DNA of 64,000 bases from Eledone cirrhosa (taxonomy: Eukaryota). The DNA is taken from positions 46,810,001 to 46,874,000 of the forward strand of contig OZ024751.1 in the NCBI GenBank assembly GCA_964016885.1. The letters run 5' to 3'. Below, piece by piece: positions 14,896 through 28,890 of this stretch; position 1 is the first letter of the stretch; each line of letters opens with the position of its first letter. The notes beneath the pieces are model-generated. The model was given only the letters and a program-made list of their open reading frames with translations, was not told where the DNA came from and did no database searches. Both the position numbers and the translations under genes were made by a program.

Positions 14896-14942
<47 letters not shown>

Positions 14943-15313
14943 CACCTAAATATACATACACATACATACATACATAGACATACATGTACATACATATACG
15001 TACATCGATATACATATATATATATACATACACACATAGACATATACATACATACACACACAACTTACATACACACATATATATACATGTATATTCATAC
15101 ATAGAATTAGAAATATAATCATACATACATATGCACTTACTTATACTCATATATACAAATACATACGCATCCATTTATGCGTATATACATAAAAAACACT
15201 ACAACCTTACCTAACTCAGACATACAAATAAAATATTAATAAAAAGGCATATGTATATACATACACACACGCATTAATAGAGATATATATATACACACAT
15301 ACACATATACATA

Positions 15314-15368
<55 letters not shown>

Positions 15369-15476
15369 ACTCATACATATACATATATATATATATATAT
15401 ATATACAAAGATACCTACACATTCATACCACCATAAATACACATACAAACACCCACATATACATATATATACACAC

Positions 15477-15517
<41 letters not shown>

Positions 15518-15686
15518 AAAAACAGACATGCACATATATATATATATTTTTCTACGCTTATATATAGACATATTATATACATATACATAACTTCACTTAT
15601 ACACACATACACATAAGTTATATTATAATAATAAAAAATAATATATATATATATATATATATAACATATATATATATATACATACC

Positions 15687-15728
<42 letters not shown>

Positions 15729-15796
15729 CAAACACATACATACACATATACACACATATGAATATAGATATATATTCACACATAGACACCTATATA

Positions 15797-15832
<36 letters not shown>

Positions 15833-17507
15833 CACACATACATATACACAGACACATATACACACTCACATATATATATCTGTGTGCATGCACACATACA
15901 TATATACATACATATACATATATACACATAAACATATATATGTGCATACATGCACATACACACACATATATCACATAGATACGGAGATAGACATATAAAT
16001 AGAGAGACATACATATATATACAACACACATACACACACATACATACACACGCATATACATATACATATATATATACATATATATATTCCTATATATACA
16101 CATAACATATATATATACACATATATACACATACATACACATATACGTACACACATTCACATACACATACATATATAGATGCATATATACACACATATAC
16201 ATACATACACACACTCATATATACACACACAATCTTACATTCATATTTGCATGCACATATATGTATTTTTATATTTAGATATAAATACCCAAACCTATAT
16301 AGACACCTACCTACATATATATTCATACATAGACGCTTACAAATACAGATGATAATAGTATGGGGGAAAGGGGGGGTTTGGAGAAGGGGATCAAAGTAAA
16401 TATATGTTTCAAGAAACATAGAAAATTTTCCGTATCTTTATCCAATGTATGTTTTTTTTACATATTTTCAGTGTTATGAAATACAACAAATAAAAACTAA
16501 GGCAAAATCTATGCATCTCAAAATAAACAAGTATACCATTAACTATATGTTAACTAAACCAAAGATAGTTAACATATTGATTTCTAAGGTGTAAATTAGT
16601 TAGGTTTATAATATTTGAAGCAGAATTTTGAAGTTAAATAGTAGTAGAGTATTAATTACAGTATAACTAAATTAAAGTTAATAACGTTATGGTATCAATA
16701 TTAGGAAATGAAATTAGTAATAGGGAAAAAACAAATAAAATAAAGTAGTACATCGGTAGTAGAATATAAATTATAGGTTAACTAAATTAAAAATTATATA
16801 TTTATTTCTATAGTATATGTTAATTAGGTATACAATACATAAAGCAGATATTGTATTTCATCAATAGCATAATATAATTATATGCAAATAGAAATCAAAA
16901 TTAATACGCATACATATACATATACATACACATACACATATACACACATATACACACAAATATATATATATATATATATACATATATATACATATACATA
17001 CACACACACATACACATACACATATACATATACATATCATTTTCAAAAAATTGCATAGAATATATTAACTAGGTATATATCCAAAACACATCGCATTCTA
17101 TGATTACATGACATTCTGGAATTCGTCTGTATAAGGATACTAATATTAAGCAAATTAAAATTAAATTTTTAGGTTGATTAAAACTAAAACCAAATTATAA
17201 ATATATTACTAAAATGTATATTAATTAGGTCAATAATACTAAAAACTATTTCTCTGTCATTGGATACACGATATTATTTTGTTATATTTTATCTGTAAAA
17301 GAATTATAATAAAAATAATAAAAGGTTTAAATAAATTAAAATTAATCTATAAATTAAATTACTAAGTATATATTAGTAATATTTAAAGGTTTTTCACAAT
17401 TTATGATTACATAATATTTTATATTCTGATCTGTAATAAAATTTTAATTAAATTAAATATATAGGTTAACTAACATTTAAATTAAATTAATTTCTAAAAT
17501 AATGTTG

Positions 17508-18908
17508 TTAATTAGGTTTATAATATTTAAATGTTTTTTTTAGTTTATGATTACACGATATAATTAATTCCTGTCGTTTATTTAATAAGATATCCTTAGA
17601 CTTCATTATTTCAAATAGTTCTTGGGAACATAATCTACATTCATTTCTATTATTTTGATAAGGGGTGGCTCTTTTGAGCACACTCCAGGTCAAATCATAT
17701 TTTATATTCTTATTTTTATAACTATTGATTTTTTCAGCTAGAGATGTTGTATTAGCCAGTGCAGCATTTTTAAAACTATGCTTATGGGTATTAAACCTTG
17801 TCTTAAAATTGTTAGAGGTAGCTCCTATATATGAGCAAATAGAATCTTTAGTTTTAACATTACATTTATAGACTATGTTGTTAACAAGACAATTCCCTTT
17901 TAATGGGCAGTTTGCTTTGTTTCTACAGTTACATCCTTTCGTTAATTCTGTATTTGAGGAGATATTATGGTTAATTTGATGTACTGGTGGTATAGTTATG
18001 GTTTTCTTACATTTATATGCATTATATGCACTTATATTTTGTTTTATGTTATTTGTTGTAGAGTATGAGAATTTAACTGTAGACCTATTTAAGATTTGAT
18101 GGTATTTGTGGTTTGGCGGGAAGTTTTTCTCAAGGATATAAAAAAATTTTTTAGCAATATTATCCTTAACTTGTAAATTAAAAGGAGCATTATACCAAGT
18201 AACCCGTCTATTACGGTTTCTATGTTGTTTATTATTTTTATTATTTTTATAGGTTGTATCGTGATTTTTACTAGGAGGATTAATGTTAATGATCTCACCA
18301 CAACTATTTTTAGTTATATTTGTAGATTTAGGTGTTTTATCCTTTTTATTAGGAGTTTTATTATTAATATTTATTAGAGTTGTATGATGAGTAGTTTTTT
18401 GAGAGTTACTATACTTTATATTAGAAGATTTGGTATTTTGGGGTATAGTGTGGGTGGCATTTAGGTGTGTACTTTTCATTTGGTGTTTGTTGGTAATATT
18501 ATGTTGTATGCTTTCAGTATTTTTAGTAGAAGGTATATACTCTAATCTATTTTTGTGGCCACTTCTATCTAGAGCTTCGTTATAGAAGGTCGCATTTTTA
18601 TCAAATACATCTTGGTTAGAAGAAAGGTTAGAAATTCTAAGTGATATATTATATGCAAGGTTTTTAAGGATAGATTTAGGGTGATTAGATTGTGAGTGTA
18701 TGTAATGTAAGTTTTGGTTAGGTTTATGGTAAGGTTGGTAGATACCCGTAGCTAAATCTAAAGTTATATCTAGGAAATTTACTACTTTACTTGTTTTTTC
18801 AAAAGTAATATTAAGATTATAATAGTCTTTAAGGAAAGTTCTAATATGTTTTTTGTTTTTTTCAATTTCTGAAAGGCTAAGGTTGCATTTAACCCTTTGT
18901 GTTTTCAT
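17508..18908 (-). CDS. Penelope-like element protein, N-truncated: RT C-terminus + GIY-YIG endonuclease
   Basis: VNFLDITLDL, YHKPN..YIHSQSNHP, VTWYNAPF, CNCRNKANCPLKGNCL, IVYKC..YIGAT..FKTRFNTH, CRLC..E, LLNKRQEL. The catalytic YxDD is absent (truncated). The first ~8 codons derive from the inverted pLTR arm. Confidence 0.92.
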   Translation of the reverse strand: MKTQRVKCNLSLSEIEKNKKHIRTFLKDYYNLNITFEKTSKVVNFLDITLDLATGIYQPYHKPNQNLHYIHSQSNHPKSILKNLAYNISLRISNLSSNQDVFDKNATFYNEALDRSGHKNRLEYIPSTKNTESIQHNITNKHQMKSTHLNATHTIPQNTKSSNIKYSNSQKTTHHTTLININNKTPNKKDKTPKSTNITKNSCGEIININPPSKNHDTTYKNNKNNKQHRNRNRRVTWYNAPFNLQVKDNIAKKFFYILEKNFPPNHKYHQILNRSTVKFSYSTTNNIKQNISAYNAYKCKKTITIPPVHQINHNISSNTELTKGCNCRNKANCPLKGNCLVNNIVYKCNVKTKDSICSYIGATSNNFKTRFNTHKHSFKNAALANTTSLAEKINSYKNKNIKYDLTWSVLKRATPYQNNRNECRLCSQELFEIMKSKDILLNKRQELIISCNHKLKKTFKYYKPN

Positions 18909-18972
18909 TGGTCAATTTTTGTTCCCAAACGGACCTGAAATTTTGAATTGTTGTTATTATCAATAAATATAC

Positions 18973-19127
18973 TTCATTATTTCTGAAGACGGCGTATATA
19001 TGTGTTTGGTATGTATATTTAATCTTGATAATTTGTATAATTTTGTATAATTTTGTACATAGATCTGTTGAATATGCATACCAATTCTAACACATATATA
19101 TCCTAGAAACGATCGTTAAATAATGAA
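18973..19127 (+). ncRNA. Hammerhead motif in the inverted pLTR arm (antisense to the ORF)
   Basis: Near-identical to the 4052-4205 motif. Confidence 0.68.
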
Positions 19128-19172
19128 CTTTTTTTGTTTAATATAAGGAATTGTTTATTCATTATTTGTTTA

Positions 19173-19384
<212 letters not shown>

Positions 19385-19442
19385 GAAAGTGAGGGATTTT
19401 TTACAAAATGAAAAATAACCGAGGTGTCCTACACGAGTGAAA

Positions 19443-19671
19443 GTATAAAGGAAAAAAGATGAAATCGAAAATGCAACTGGAGTCTTATTTAAAAATATAT
19501 ATATATATTTATTTGGTTCACAGATGTGAGAAAAACCACAGACCCTCCATCTCAACTCTACTTTTGAAAAGCAGAAGAACTGCGAAACCGGTAAAGAAAC
19601 CAAATAAATATATATATTTTTTAAAAATAAGACTCCAGTTGCATTTTCGATTTCATCTTTTTTTCTTTATA
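19443..19671. repeat. Inverted repeat (~75-bp arms) beside (TA)n, probable fold-back element
   Basis: GAAAAAAGATGAAATCGAAAATGCAACTGGAGTCTTATTT / AAATAAGACTCCAGTTGCATTTTCGATTTCATCTTTTTTC. Confidence 0.8.
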
Positions 19672-19993
19672 TATATATATATCTTGATCGCTCATGAAAT
19701 CCACCCAGATTATGCTGACCGGATAACCATGTTGCTTGTTTATTTTCCTATCTTCGGTTTGCTTTTATCCTTCTATGTTGTTTACTTGTCTCACTCGCTT
19801 TACGCGATTTACATGTCCCAATAGCTTTTTTTAGCTATTGCTCGCACCAACCTGAGGTATATGACTTTTAATGCGATGAAATATCAATGATGGTTGGCAA
19901 ATCACTGACGAGGGACTAATTTTATAATATGTAACCCATGTGCCAACCACGCAGTATTCTTCTTTCTTCTCATGTTTTATATATATATATATA

Positions 19994-20521
<528 letters not shown>

Positions 20522-20954
20522 TCTGCGCAGTGTGTCAGATGCACCCCGCGGACAAAATAGCAAAGATATTATCGCGGAGAATGACCAGAGACGCTGCTGC
20601 AACAACCACCCCCACCGCCGCCTCATGGGGCTTCTTCCTCACGTGGGTCGCTATCTTTCCCATTTTACTAACACCAGAAGTCTGGATGGAGACCCGGGTA
20701 CAAAGAGGAAGCGGTTGGTCAGGCCACGATATTTAACTTGTCCTTTCTCTTCTCTGTATTGCGGGTAGCGGAGCCCCAGGTTTTGTGGCTGAAGTGACAA
20801 GGTTGGAGGCGGAGAACGAGTGGCAGCACCTGGCGTCCCACCATCCACCCCACCCCACCTCGAAAGAGAAGAGGGTTAACCAATCAAGTTAATTATAGTA
20901 TAGATTAACAAGAGTCCCTTCTCCCAGCCCCCCCCCACATATATATATGTATAC

Positions 20955-20994
<40 letters not shown>

Positions 20995-21026
20995 TTATAC
21001 ACACACACACACATATATATATGTAT

Positions 21027-21062
<36 letters not shown>

Positions 21063-21258
21063 GTATACACACACACACATATATATATGTATACACACAC
21101 ACACACACACATATATATATGTATACACACGCACACACACACACATATATATGTATACACACACACTCACACACACACACATATATATATGTATACACAC
21201 ACACACACACACACATATATATGTATACACACACACACACACACATATATATATGTAT

Positions 21259-21295
<37 letters not shown>

Positions 21296-21453
21296 ACTTA
21301 AAATGCAGTGGGAATACGAAGAAAGCAAGAACGGGGGTGGGGGAGTTTTCCTCACCAGTTGTCTACTGGGGATCTAGGATATTTCTACGCATTTTAAGTT
21401 ACCTTAAATAGCAACTACACAGCCATTTCTATTCTCCATATACGTATTTCATC

Positions 21454-21500
<47 letters not shown>

Positions 21501-21566
21501 ACATATATGTGTATACGTATATAGGTATACATATATATATATGTATGCATATTCATATATGTATAT

Positions 21567-21651
<85 letters not shown>

Positions 21652-21817
21652 GTTACTAAAAGTTATAATAAGTACACAGTATTCCAAACATATATATTAT
21701 AATCCAAATCTAAATCCAGGCCCTTCCTGTTGGGAGAGCCCCTCCCTGGCTGGCCTTCACCGCTTCCTATCTCTGACCACACTGGACCACGTGGAACCTA
21801 ACTGTCGACTCAGGAAA

Positions 21818-21871
<54 letters not shown>

Positions 21872-22298
21872 TTAATCTAATGAATAATGAGAGGTTCAGT
21901 TGATTTAACAAATAATCCTGGTCATCGAAACCGACATTTATTCGATAATACAGAACCAAATTAAACCGAATCAGAGTTTAAATCGATAATGCTCGGAGTA
22001 CGAGAAATATATTGACGTGCACCTGCCGAGGCTCTTTGATTAGTTTCTACGCAACCAGAAAACTTGAGGGAAGGAGTAAGAATAGGTTTAACAACATGGT
22101 TTTGTCTTTGATAAAAACAATCGAATTTCAGTGGATCACTTATCAGTCATTGTTCATAAGAGTCATTGAAGTTAGTCATGTTTGTGTTTGTTTTTTTAAC
22201 GTCTTCCAGCTGTCTTCTTTGCATCTTATTTCTAGATATAGGGGAATAGAGAAGGACAGAAGTGAGGGAGCAGAAGTGAGAAGGACCCCCAGGACTTG

Positions 22299-22437
22299 TC
22301 TGGTGCTTTTTTTTATCGACCTCGAATGGATGAAAATCAAAGGTGACCTCGGCAGGATTTGAACTCAGAGAAGAGAGCAGAAAGTCGAAACGAATACCGC
22401 AAAGCATTCTATCCAACGTTCTAGCGACTCTGTCCAT
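22299..22437 (-). mobile_element. Diverged family 1-type SINE
   Basis: TTTTATCGACCTCGAATGGATGAAA..CCTCGGCAGGATTTGAACTCAG (Nin-like core and B box on the minus strand). Confidence 0.7.
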
Positions 22438-22466
22438 TGTATATATATATAATGTATGTATGTGTG

Positions 22467-22522
<56 letters not shown>

Positions 22523-22858
22523 GTGTGTGTGTGTGTGTGTGTAAAAGAAATCAAAGAACGCCTACATACTCATACAATTTTTATTTGCTAACAATGTTTC
22601 ATCCATACCATTGGGCAGGAATCATCAGAGCTTTAAAAATAAAATTACAATGTTGAGTATAGGCTCTACCGAGCTTCGTCACATGAACATTAGAAATACA
22701 ATAGAGGGCAACCAAAGGGAGATTGGAAATGGCGAGTATTTAGAAAGTGCATAGTGGGGTTGTTTTTCAGCACTACAGCTAAATGCAATGGTACAGGCAG
22801 ATTTTTACAAGATGCAGAAGAACGTGAGGGCACACAAAAGAAAAAATATAAACAATAG

Positions 22859-22955
<97 letters not shown>

Positions 22956-23414
22956 TTGCTCAGAACATCAACAAATAACCTTCCAAAAGTTCAACCCGGG
23001 CGTTAACCCTATTAACAGCTCCTACCACCGCCACCAACAACACCAATACTACAACTATCGCCACCACCACCACCACCACTACAACCATCACCACCACCAA
23101 CAGCACCACCACTACCACCACCACTCCACCACCACCACCACGACTACCACCACCACCACTACAACTATCACCACCACCAACAGCACCACCACTCCACCAC
23201 CACCACCACGACTACCACCACCACCACCACCACCACTACCATCATCACTGCCACATGCTCAAGTCTCGGAGAGCGAAGAAAGGCTACGGGCAGCGCCCTT
23301 CCCTTCAGAAGCAATGGTAATTTTCTTTAAGATCGTTTAAATTCGGATGTTGGTGTTGGTTGGGAGGATGGTGTGGTGTGTAGGTGGAAGATGTGTGGTT
23401 GGGAGCGGGAAGGC

Positions 23415-25250
23415 AGTGGTGAGGTGGTGGTTGTGGTGGTGGTAGTGGTGGTAGTGGTGATGGTGGTGGTGATGGTGGTTGAAGTGATGGTGGTGGTGGT
23501 GGTGGTGGTGATGGTGATGGTGATGGTGGTGGTTGTAGTGGTGGTGGTGGTGGTGGTGGTGGTGGTTGTAGTGATGGTTGTGGTGGTGGTGGTGGTGGTG
23601 GTGGTGGTGGTGGTGGTGGTGGTGGTGGTGGTGGTGGTAGAGGTGGTGTTGGTGGTTGTAGTGATGGTTGTGGTGGTGGTGGTGGTGGTGGTGGTGGTGG
23701 TGGTGGTGGTGGTGGTGGTGGTGGTAGTGGTGGTAGTGGTGATGGTGGTGGTGATGGTGGTTGAAGTGATGGTGGTGGTGGTGGTGGTGGTGGTGGTGAT
23801 GGTGATGGTGATGGTGGTGGTTGTAGTGATGGTTGTGGTGGTGGTGGTGGTGGTGGTGGTGGTGGTGGTGGTGGTGGTGGTGGTTGTAGTGATGGTGGTG
23901 GTGGTGGTGGTGGCGATGGTGATGGTGGTGGTTGTAGTGATGGTTGTGGTGGTGGTGGTGGTGGTGGTGGTGGTGGTGGTGGTTGTAGTGATGGTTGTGG
24001 TGGTGGTGGTGGTGGTGGTGGTGGTGTTGGTGGTTGTAGTGATGGTTGTGGTGGTAGTAGTGATGATAGTGGTGGTGATGGTGATGGTGGTGATGGTGGT
24101 TGAAGTGATGGTGGTGGTGGTGGTGGTGATGGTGATGGTGGTGGTTGTAGTGATGGTTGTGGTGGTGGTGGTGGTGGTGGTGGTGGTGGTGGTGGTTGTA
24201 GTGATGGTTGTGGTGGTGGTGGTGGTGGTGGTGGTGGTGGTGGTGGTGGTGGTAGAGGTGGTGTTGGTGGTTGTAGTGATGGTTGTGGTGGTAGTAGTGA
24301 TGATAGTGGTGGTGATGGTGATGGTGGTGATGGTGGTGGTTGAGATGATGGTGTGGTGTGTAGGTGGGAGATCTGTGATTGGGGGCGGGAAGAGGGAAAG
24401 CAGTTGCGAGGTAGTGGAGGTGGTGTAGAGGAAAAGATATCTTCTGTGTGTATGTGAGGGTGGGGGAGATGAGTATGTGGGTGGGGGTGATAGGTTACAC
24501 GGGCAAAGTTATAATGGTACTTGTAATAATGATAATGACGATAATATTAGAAGTAGTAGTAGTAGTGATGGTGGTAGTAGTAGTAGTAGTGGTGGTGGTG
24601 GGGGTAGTAGTGATGGTGGTACTAGTAGTGATGGTAGTAGTAGTAATAGTGGTGGTGGTGGTGGTGGTGGTAGTAGTGATGATGGTGGTGGTTGTGGTTG
24701 TGGTTGTGGTGGTAGTAGTGATAGTGGTGGTGGTAGTAGTGATGATAGTAGTGGGTGTGGTGGTGGTGGTAGTAGTGATGATGGTGGTGGTTGTGGTGGT
24801 GGTGGTTGTAGTGATGATGGTGGTGGTGGTGGTGATGGTAGTAGTAGTGATGGTAATAGTAGTAATAGTGGTGGTGATAGTGGTGGTGGTGGTGGTAGTA
24901 GTGATGGTGGTGATGATAGTGGCGGTAGTAGTAGTGATGGTGATGGAGGTGGTAGTAGTAGTGATGGTGGTGGTAGTAGTGATGATAGTGGTGGTTATGG
25001 TGGTGGTGGTGATGGTCGTGGTGGTGATGACTGTGATAGTGGTTATGGCGGTGATGTTGGTTGGGGTTGTTGGTGTTGTCGTGGTGGTGGTGGTGGTAGT
25101 GATGGTGGTGGTGATGATGTTGGTTGCAGTGGTTACGGTGATTGTTGCTGTTGTTGTGGTGGTGATTGTTGCTGTTGCTGTTGTTGTTGTTGTGGTGGTG
25201 ATTGTTGCTGTTGCTGTTGTTGTTGTTGTTGTGGTGGTGCTAATGGTGGT
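23415..25250. repeat. GGT/GAT/GTA low-complexity tract
   Basis: Direct inspection. Confidence 0.9.
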
Positions 25251-25734
25251 TGTGTATACACAGTAGCGGCGGTGCGGTGTTGGCGTGAGATTGACGTCAG
25301 TTAGCCATGTGCCAAATGGCTATTGGTGAGCAATCGGAAGTCAGATGTGGGTTAACACATAAGGGTGGCAGGGGCGAGGGGTTGGTGGTAGGATATGGGG
25401 GTGGGGTGAGGTGGGGTGGCAGGAAAGAGGAGGGGTAAAAAAAAAAAACGAAAATGTAATGGAAACAAACTAAATCAAAACAACTAAAACTTCAATAATA
25501 AACAAATCAAGCCCCCCCCCGCTCAATCTTACCTCCTCAAGCCCAACCCCTTCAAGCCCACCCCCTCAAAATCCGACCCCCGATTCCCACCCCTTCAAGC
25601 TGACCTCCAACCACCCCCCACCTCCCAAACGTTTGATGAAAATAAATGAAATTAAACAAGACAAAACAAAAGACTATCTGCTGTCACCCGAATGATCTCC
25701 ACACATATAACCACCTCACCCCCTCATTTCTGTT

Positions 25735-26360
25735 ACACCACCACCACGCTAGCCAACACCGCCACCACATTCACCACCACCACTACCACGACCCTAGCCA
25801 CCACCGCCAACACGGCCGCCGTCACGGCCACCACCATCACCACGACCCTAACCAACACCGCCACCATCATCACCAACACCACCACGGCCGCCGTCACCTC
25901 CACCACCACGGCCGCCGTCACCTCCACCACCACGGCCGCCGTCACCTCCACCACCATCACCACGACCCTAACCAACACCGCCACCATCATCACCAACACC
26001 ACCACGGCCGCCGTCACCTCCACCACCACGGCCCCCGTCACAGCCACCACCATCATCACCACCATCACCACGACCCTAGCCAACACCGCCACCATCATCA
26101 CCAACACCACCACGGCCGCCGTCACCTCCACCACCACGGCCGCCGTCACCTCCACCACCATCACCACGACCCTAACCAACACCGCCACCATCATCACCAA
26201 CACCACCACGGCCGCCGTCACCTCCACCACCACGGCCCCCGTCACAGCCACCACCATCATCACCACCATCACCACGACCCTAGCCAACACCGCCACCATC
26301 ATCACCAACACCACCACGGCCGCCGTCACCTCCACCACCGCGCCGCCGTCACGGCCACCA
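25735..26360. repeat. GC-rich minisatellite (CACCACCACGGCCGCCGTCACCTC and related modules)
   Basis: Repeated modules with a ~200-bp internal duplication. Confidence 0.85.
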
Positions 26361-26446
26361 CCACTACAACCACAACCACCTCCAACGTCATCACCGCAAC
26401 TACTACCATCACAACCACCACTATCACCACAACCAACACGATCACC

Positions 26447-26488
<42 letters not shown>

Positions 26489-26573
26489 AACTTGCCATTG
26501 AACCACACTGGCATATGATCGGACTATACATGTGTCCCTGTGTGTATTAATTACATGTAGGAACATATACTTT

Positions 26574-26614
<41 letters not shown>

Positions 26615-26618
<4 letters not shown>

Positions 26619-26881
26619 AGTAAGTAAGACCCCGACGGCTGAGCTCAAGCCGTTTCGACGGCTAATTCAATGCTAATACTTAACTCCCACATCAAGACGT
26701 AAAATATCCACGTATAGATCAACTATATATATATATCAACTAGAAATTCAGAATTAGCCGTCGAAACGGCTTGAGCTCAGCCGTCGGGGTCTTACTTACT
26801 CCTATTACCCACTCTACTACCCTAAGTATTGAGTACTTTGGTGCGTTATGGTCCACCTGGTTCCTTACCACTTTTCCTTCG

Positions 26882-26884
<3 letters not shown>
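26615..26884 (+). mobile_element. Family A fold-back element with captured sequence in the loop
   Basis: Arms as in family A. The loop 26676-26748 is the reverse complement of ~27341-27413. Confidence 0.85.
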
Positions 26885-26934
<50 letters not shown>

Positions 26935-27025
26935 AAATTAAATTAAGGGTGTCATGTCAGAGAGACATGCACCATATCCACTGTAGAATATGCTCCAAGA
27001 TTCCAATGAATAGATCCGAGCATTT

Positions 27026-27357
27026 TATATCAACTAGAAATTGATTGACATATACATATATATATATCTAAAATAAACATATGAAACAATCACAGGGAAT
27101 AATCTGTAAACGTGTGTAAGCACACATAGCCAGGTAGCTAACTAATTAAAGTTTAACTAGAACTTTAAAAATAGATACCTTATAAATTGATTAATCAATT
27201 TATTTATAAGGTTTCTATTTTTAAAGTTCTAGTTAAACTTTAATTGGTTACCTACCTGGCTATGTGTGCTTACACACGTTTACAGATTATTCCCTGTGAT
27301 TGTTTCATATGTTTATTTTAGATATATATATATGTCAATCAATTTCTAGTTGATATA
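27026..27357. repeat. ~330-bp palindrome
   Basis: TATATCAACTAGAAATTGATTGACATA...CCTTATAAAT / ATTTATAAGG...TATGTCAATCAATTTCTAGTTGATATA, with few mismatches. Confidence 0.9.
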
Positions 27358-27649
27358 TATATATAGTTGATCTATACGTGGATATTTTACGTCTTGATGT
27401 GGGAGCTAAGTATATGTTTTGTTTATACCATCAGTTATTTGCATAGCGAACGTTTCCACAAACCAAAGTATCGTCTTCCTGTCTTCCTCCGGTTGCAACG
27501 TTTTTTGAAATATCCACTTCTGCGTTTACAGATTGACTTTGTTAGTTTCAGAAGATCCCGTTAAGGGTGAAAGCAGCGATTCTTTGCTTAAACTTTAATC
27601 TGTTATTTTAATATATATATATATATATATTCAATGGCAAGATAATATA

Positions 27650-28010
27650 TATTATAGTTGAAACAGAAAACAAAAAAAACAATAACGAGGAAGCGAAGAG
27701 GCAGTACAAAATGTTAATATTAGTTTCACGCTTGAGAGTGCGGGATGGGGGACGATGTTTCGGGCATAAGCCCTTCATCGGGAGAAAAGTGGGCAGAAAA
27801 GAATTCCGAAGGTGTGAAGGGGAGTGATGGAAAGACATTAAAAGGGGCGGGGGAGTAAAAAGGGAGGAAAATAATTTTTTATCCAGGGGAGGAGAGATGG
27901 GCTCCACCAGGTTTAAAAGACCGTATGTCGATCTGATGATGGTTTCGGCAAGAGCATCATTTGTCAAACATGCCGGCATCGGAAATGATGCGTGCTTCTG
28001 AAGCAGGGTC
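27650..28010 (-). mobile_element. Probable PLE 3' end with degenerate hammerhead-like core
   Basis: Minus strand reads CCGATGA-AGGGC-TTAT-GCCC-GAAAC. Related sequence lies at 43722-43830. Confidence 0.45.
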
Positions 28011-28023
28011 ATATTTAGATCTT

Positions 28024-28572
28024 GAGTGCCCCGGGTAGTTCAGGTTTGGGAGAGCCATGACTGTTCCTAGAAGGGGACCCTGTTTGACAAGGGGTACCCA
28101 GGCCAGTAAAGTTTGGGTGTGCCCATGACTGTTCTTACAGACGGCTCTATTTCACAAGGAGTGCCCAGGTCTGTAAGGTTTGGGGGTGCCCATGACTGTT
28201 CTTACAGACGGCTCTATTTCACAAGGAGTACCCAGGTCTGTAAGGTTTTGGTGTGCCCATGACTGTTCTTACAGACGGCTCTATTTCACAAGGAGTACCC
28301 AGGTCTGTAAGGTTTGGGGGTGCCCATGACTGTTCTTACAGACGGCTCTATTTCACAAGGAGTACCCAGGTCTGTAAGGTTTGGGGGTGCCCATGACTGT
28401 TCTTAGAGAGGGCTCTATTTCACAAGGAGTACCCAGGCCAGCAAAGTTTTGGTGTGCCCATGACTGTTCTTATAGACGGCTCTATTTCACAAGGAGTGCC
28501 CAGGTCTGTAAGGTTTGGGGGTGCCCATCACTGTTCTTAGAGAGGGCTCTATTTCATAAGGAGTGCCCATAG
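28024..28572. repeat. 67-bp minisatellite, ~8 units
   Basis: CCCATGACTGTTC recurs at 28122, 28189, 28256, etc. Confidence 0.92.
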
Positions 28573-28654
28573 TATTTGCCCTCTCCGTCCATCGATAAAT
28601 CCGGCCTTGTTCTGAAGCTGTCCCTTTGACTGCGAGAGAACCTCGAAAGTTGTT

Positions 28655-28890
28655 TCAAGTATCGATATTCTCAAGCTTGCAGCGTTTGAGTTTCTTAATG
28701 TTTGAATGTTTTTTTGAGCGCCGTAAGCGGCCTAGCTGCAATGTGACCTTTGTTAATATCGTACGATGATCTACCCACCAACCAGCTCCTATGCTTATTA
28801 GATGAGTGAGCATAACATCTTTGAGGTCTATCCACCTGACCATGATGTAATCGATATGATGATGGTGTTTCGATCTAGGAGGAATCCGTG
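28655..28890 (-). pseudogene. RTE-clade LINE AP-endonuclease C-terminal fragment
   Basis: PPRSKHHHHIDYIMVRWIDLKDV...WVDHRTI resembles the RTE motif HPRSKHWHLIDY...TDHRLV. Confidence 0.8.

Noticed and set aside
19900-19945. CTGACGA hammerhead core
   Set aside because: No GAAA or stem III follows the hairpin.
25646-26518. His-rich or mucin-like Thr/Ala ORFs
   Set aside because: A minisatellite open in several frames and on both strands, running into (TA)n.
27745-27790. Intact hammerhead
   Set aside because: The core reads CCGATGA and no stem I pairing is evident, so it is kept only as a degenerate motif.
28024-28572. CRISPR-like array
   Set aside because: Head-to-tail repeats with no unique spacers, in a eukaryotic context with no cas genes.
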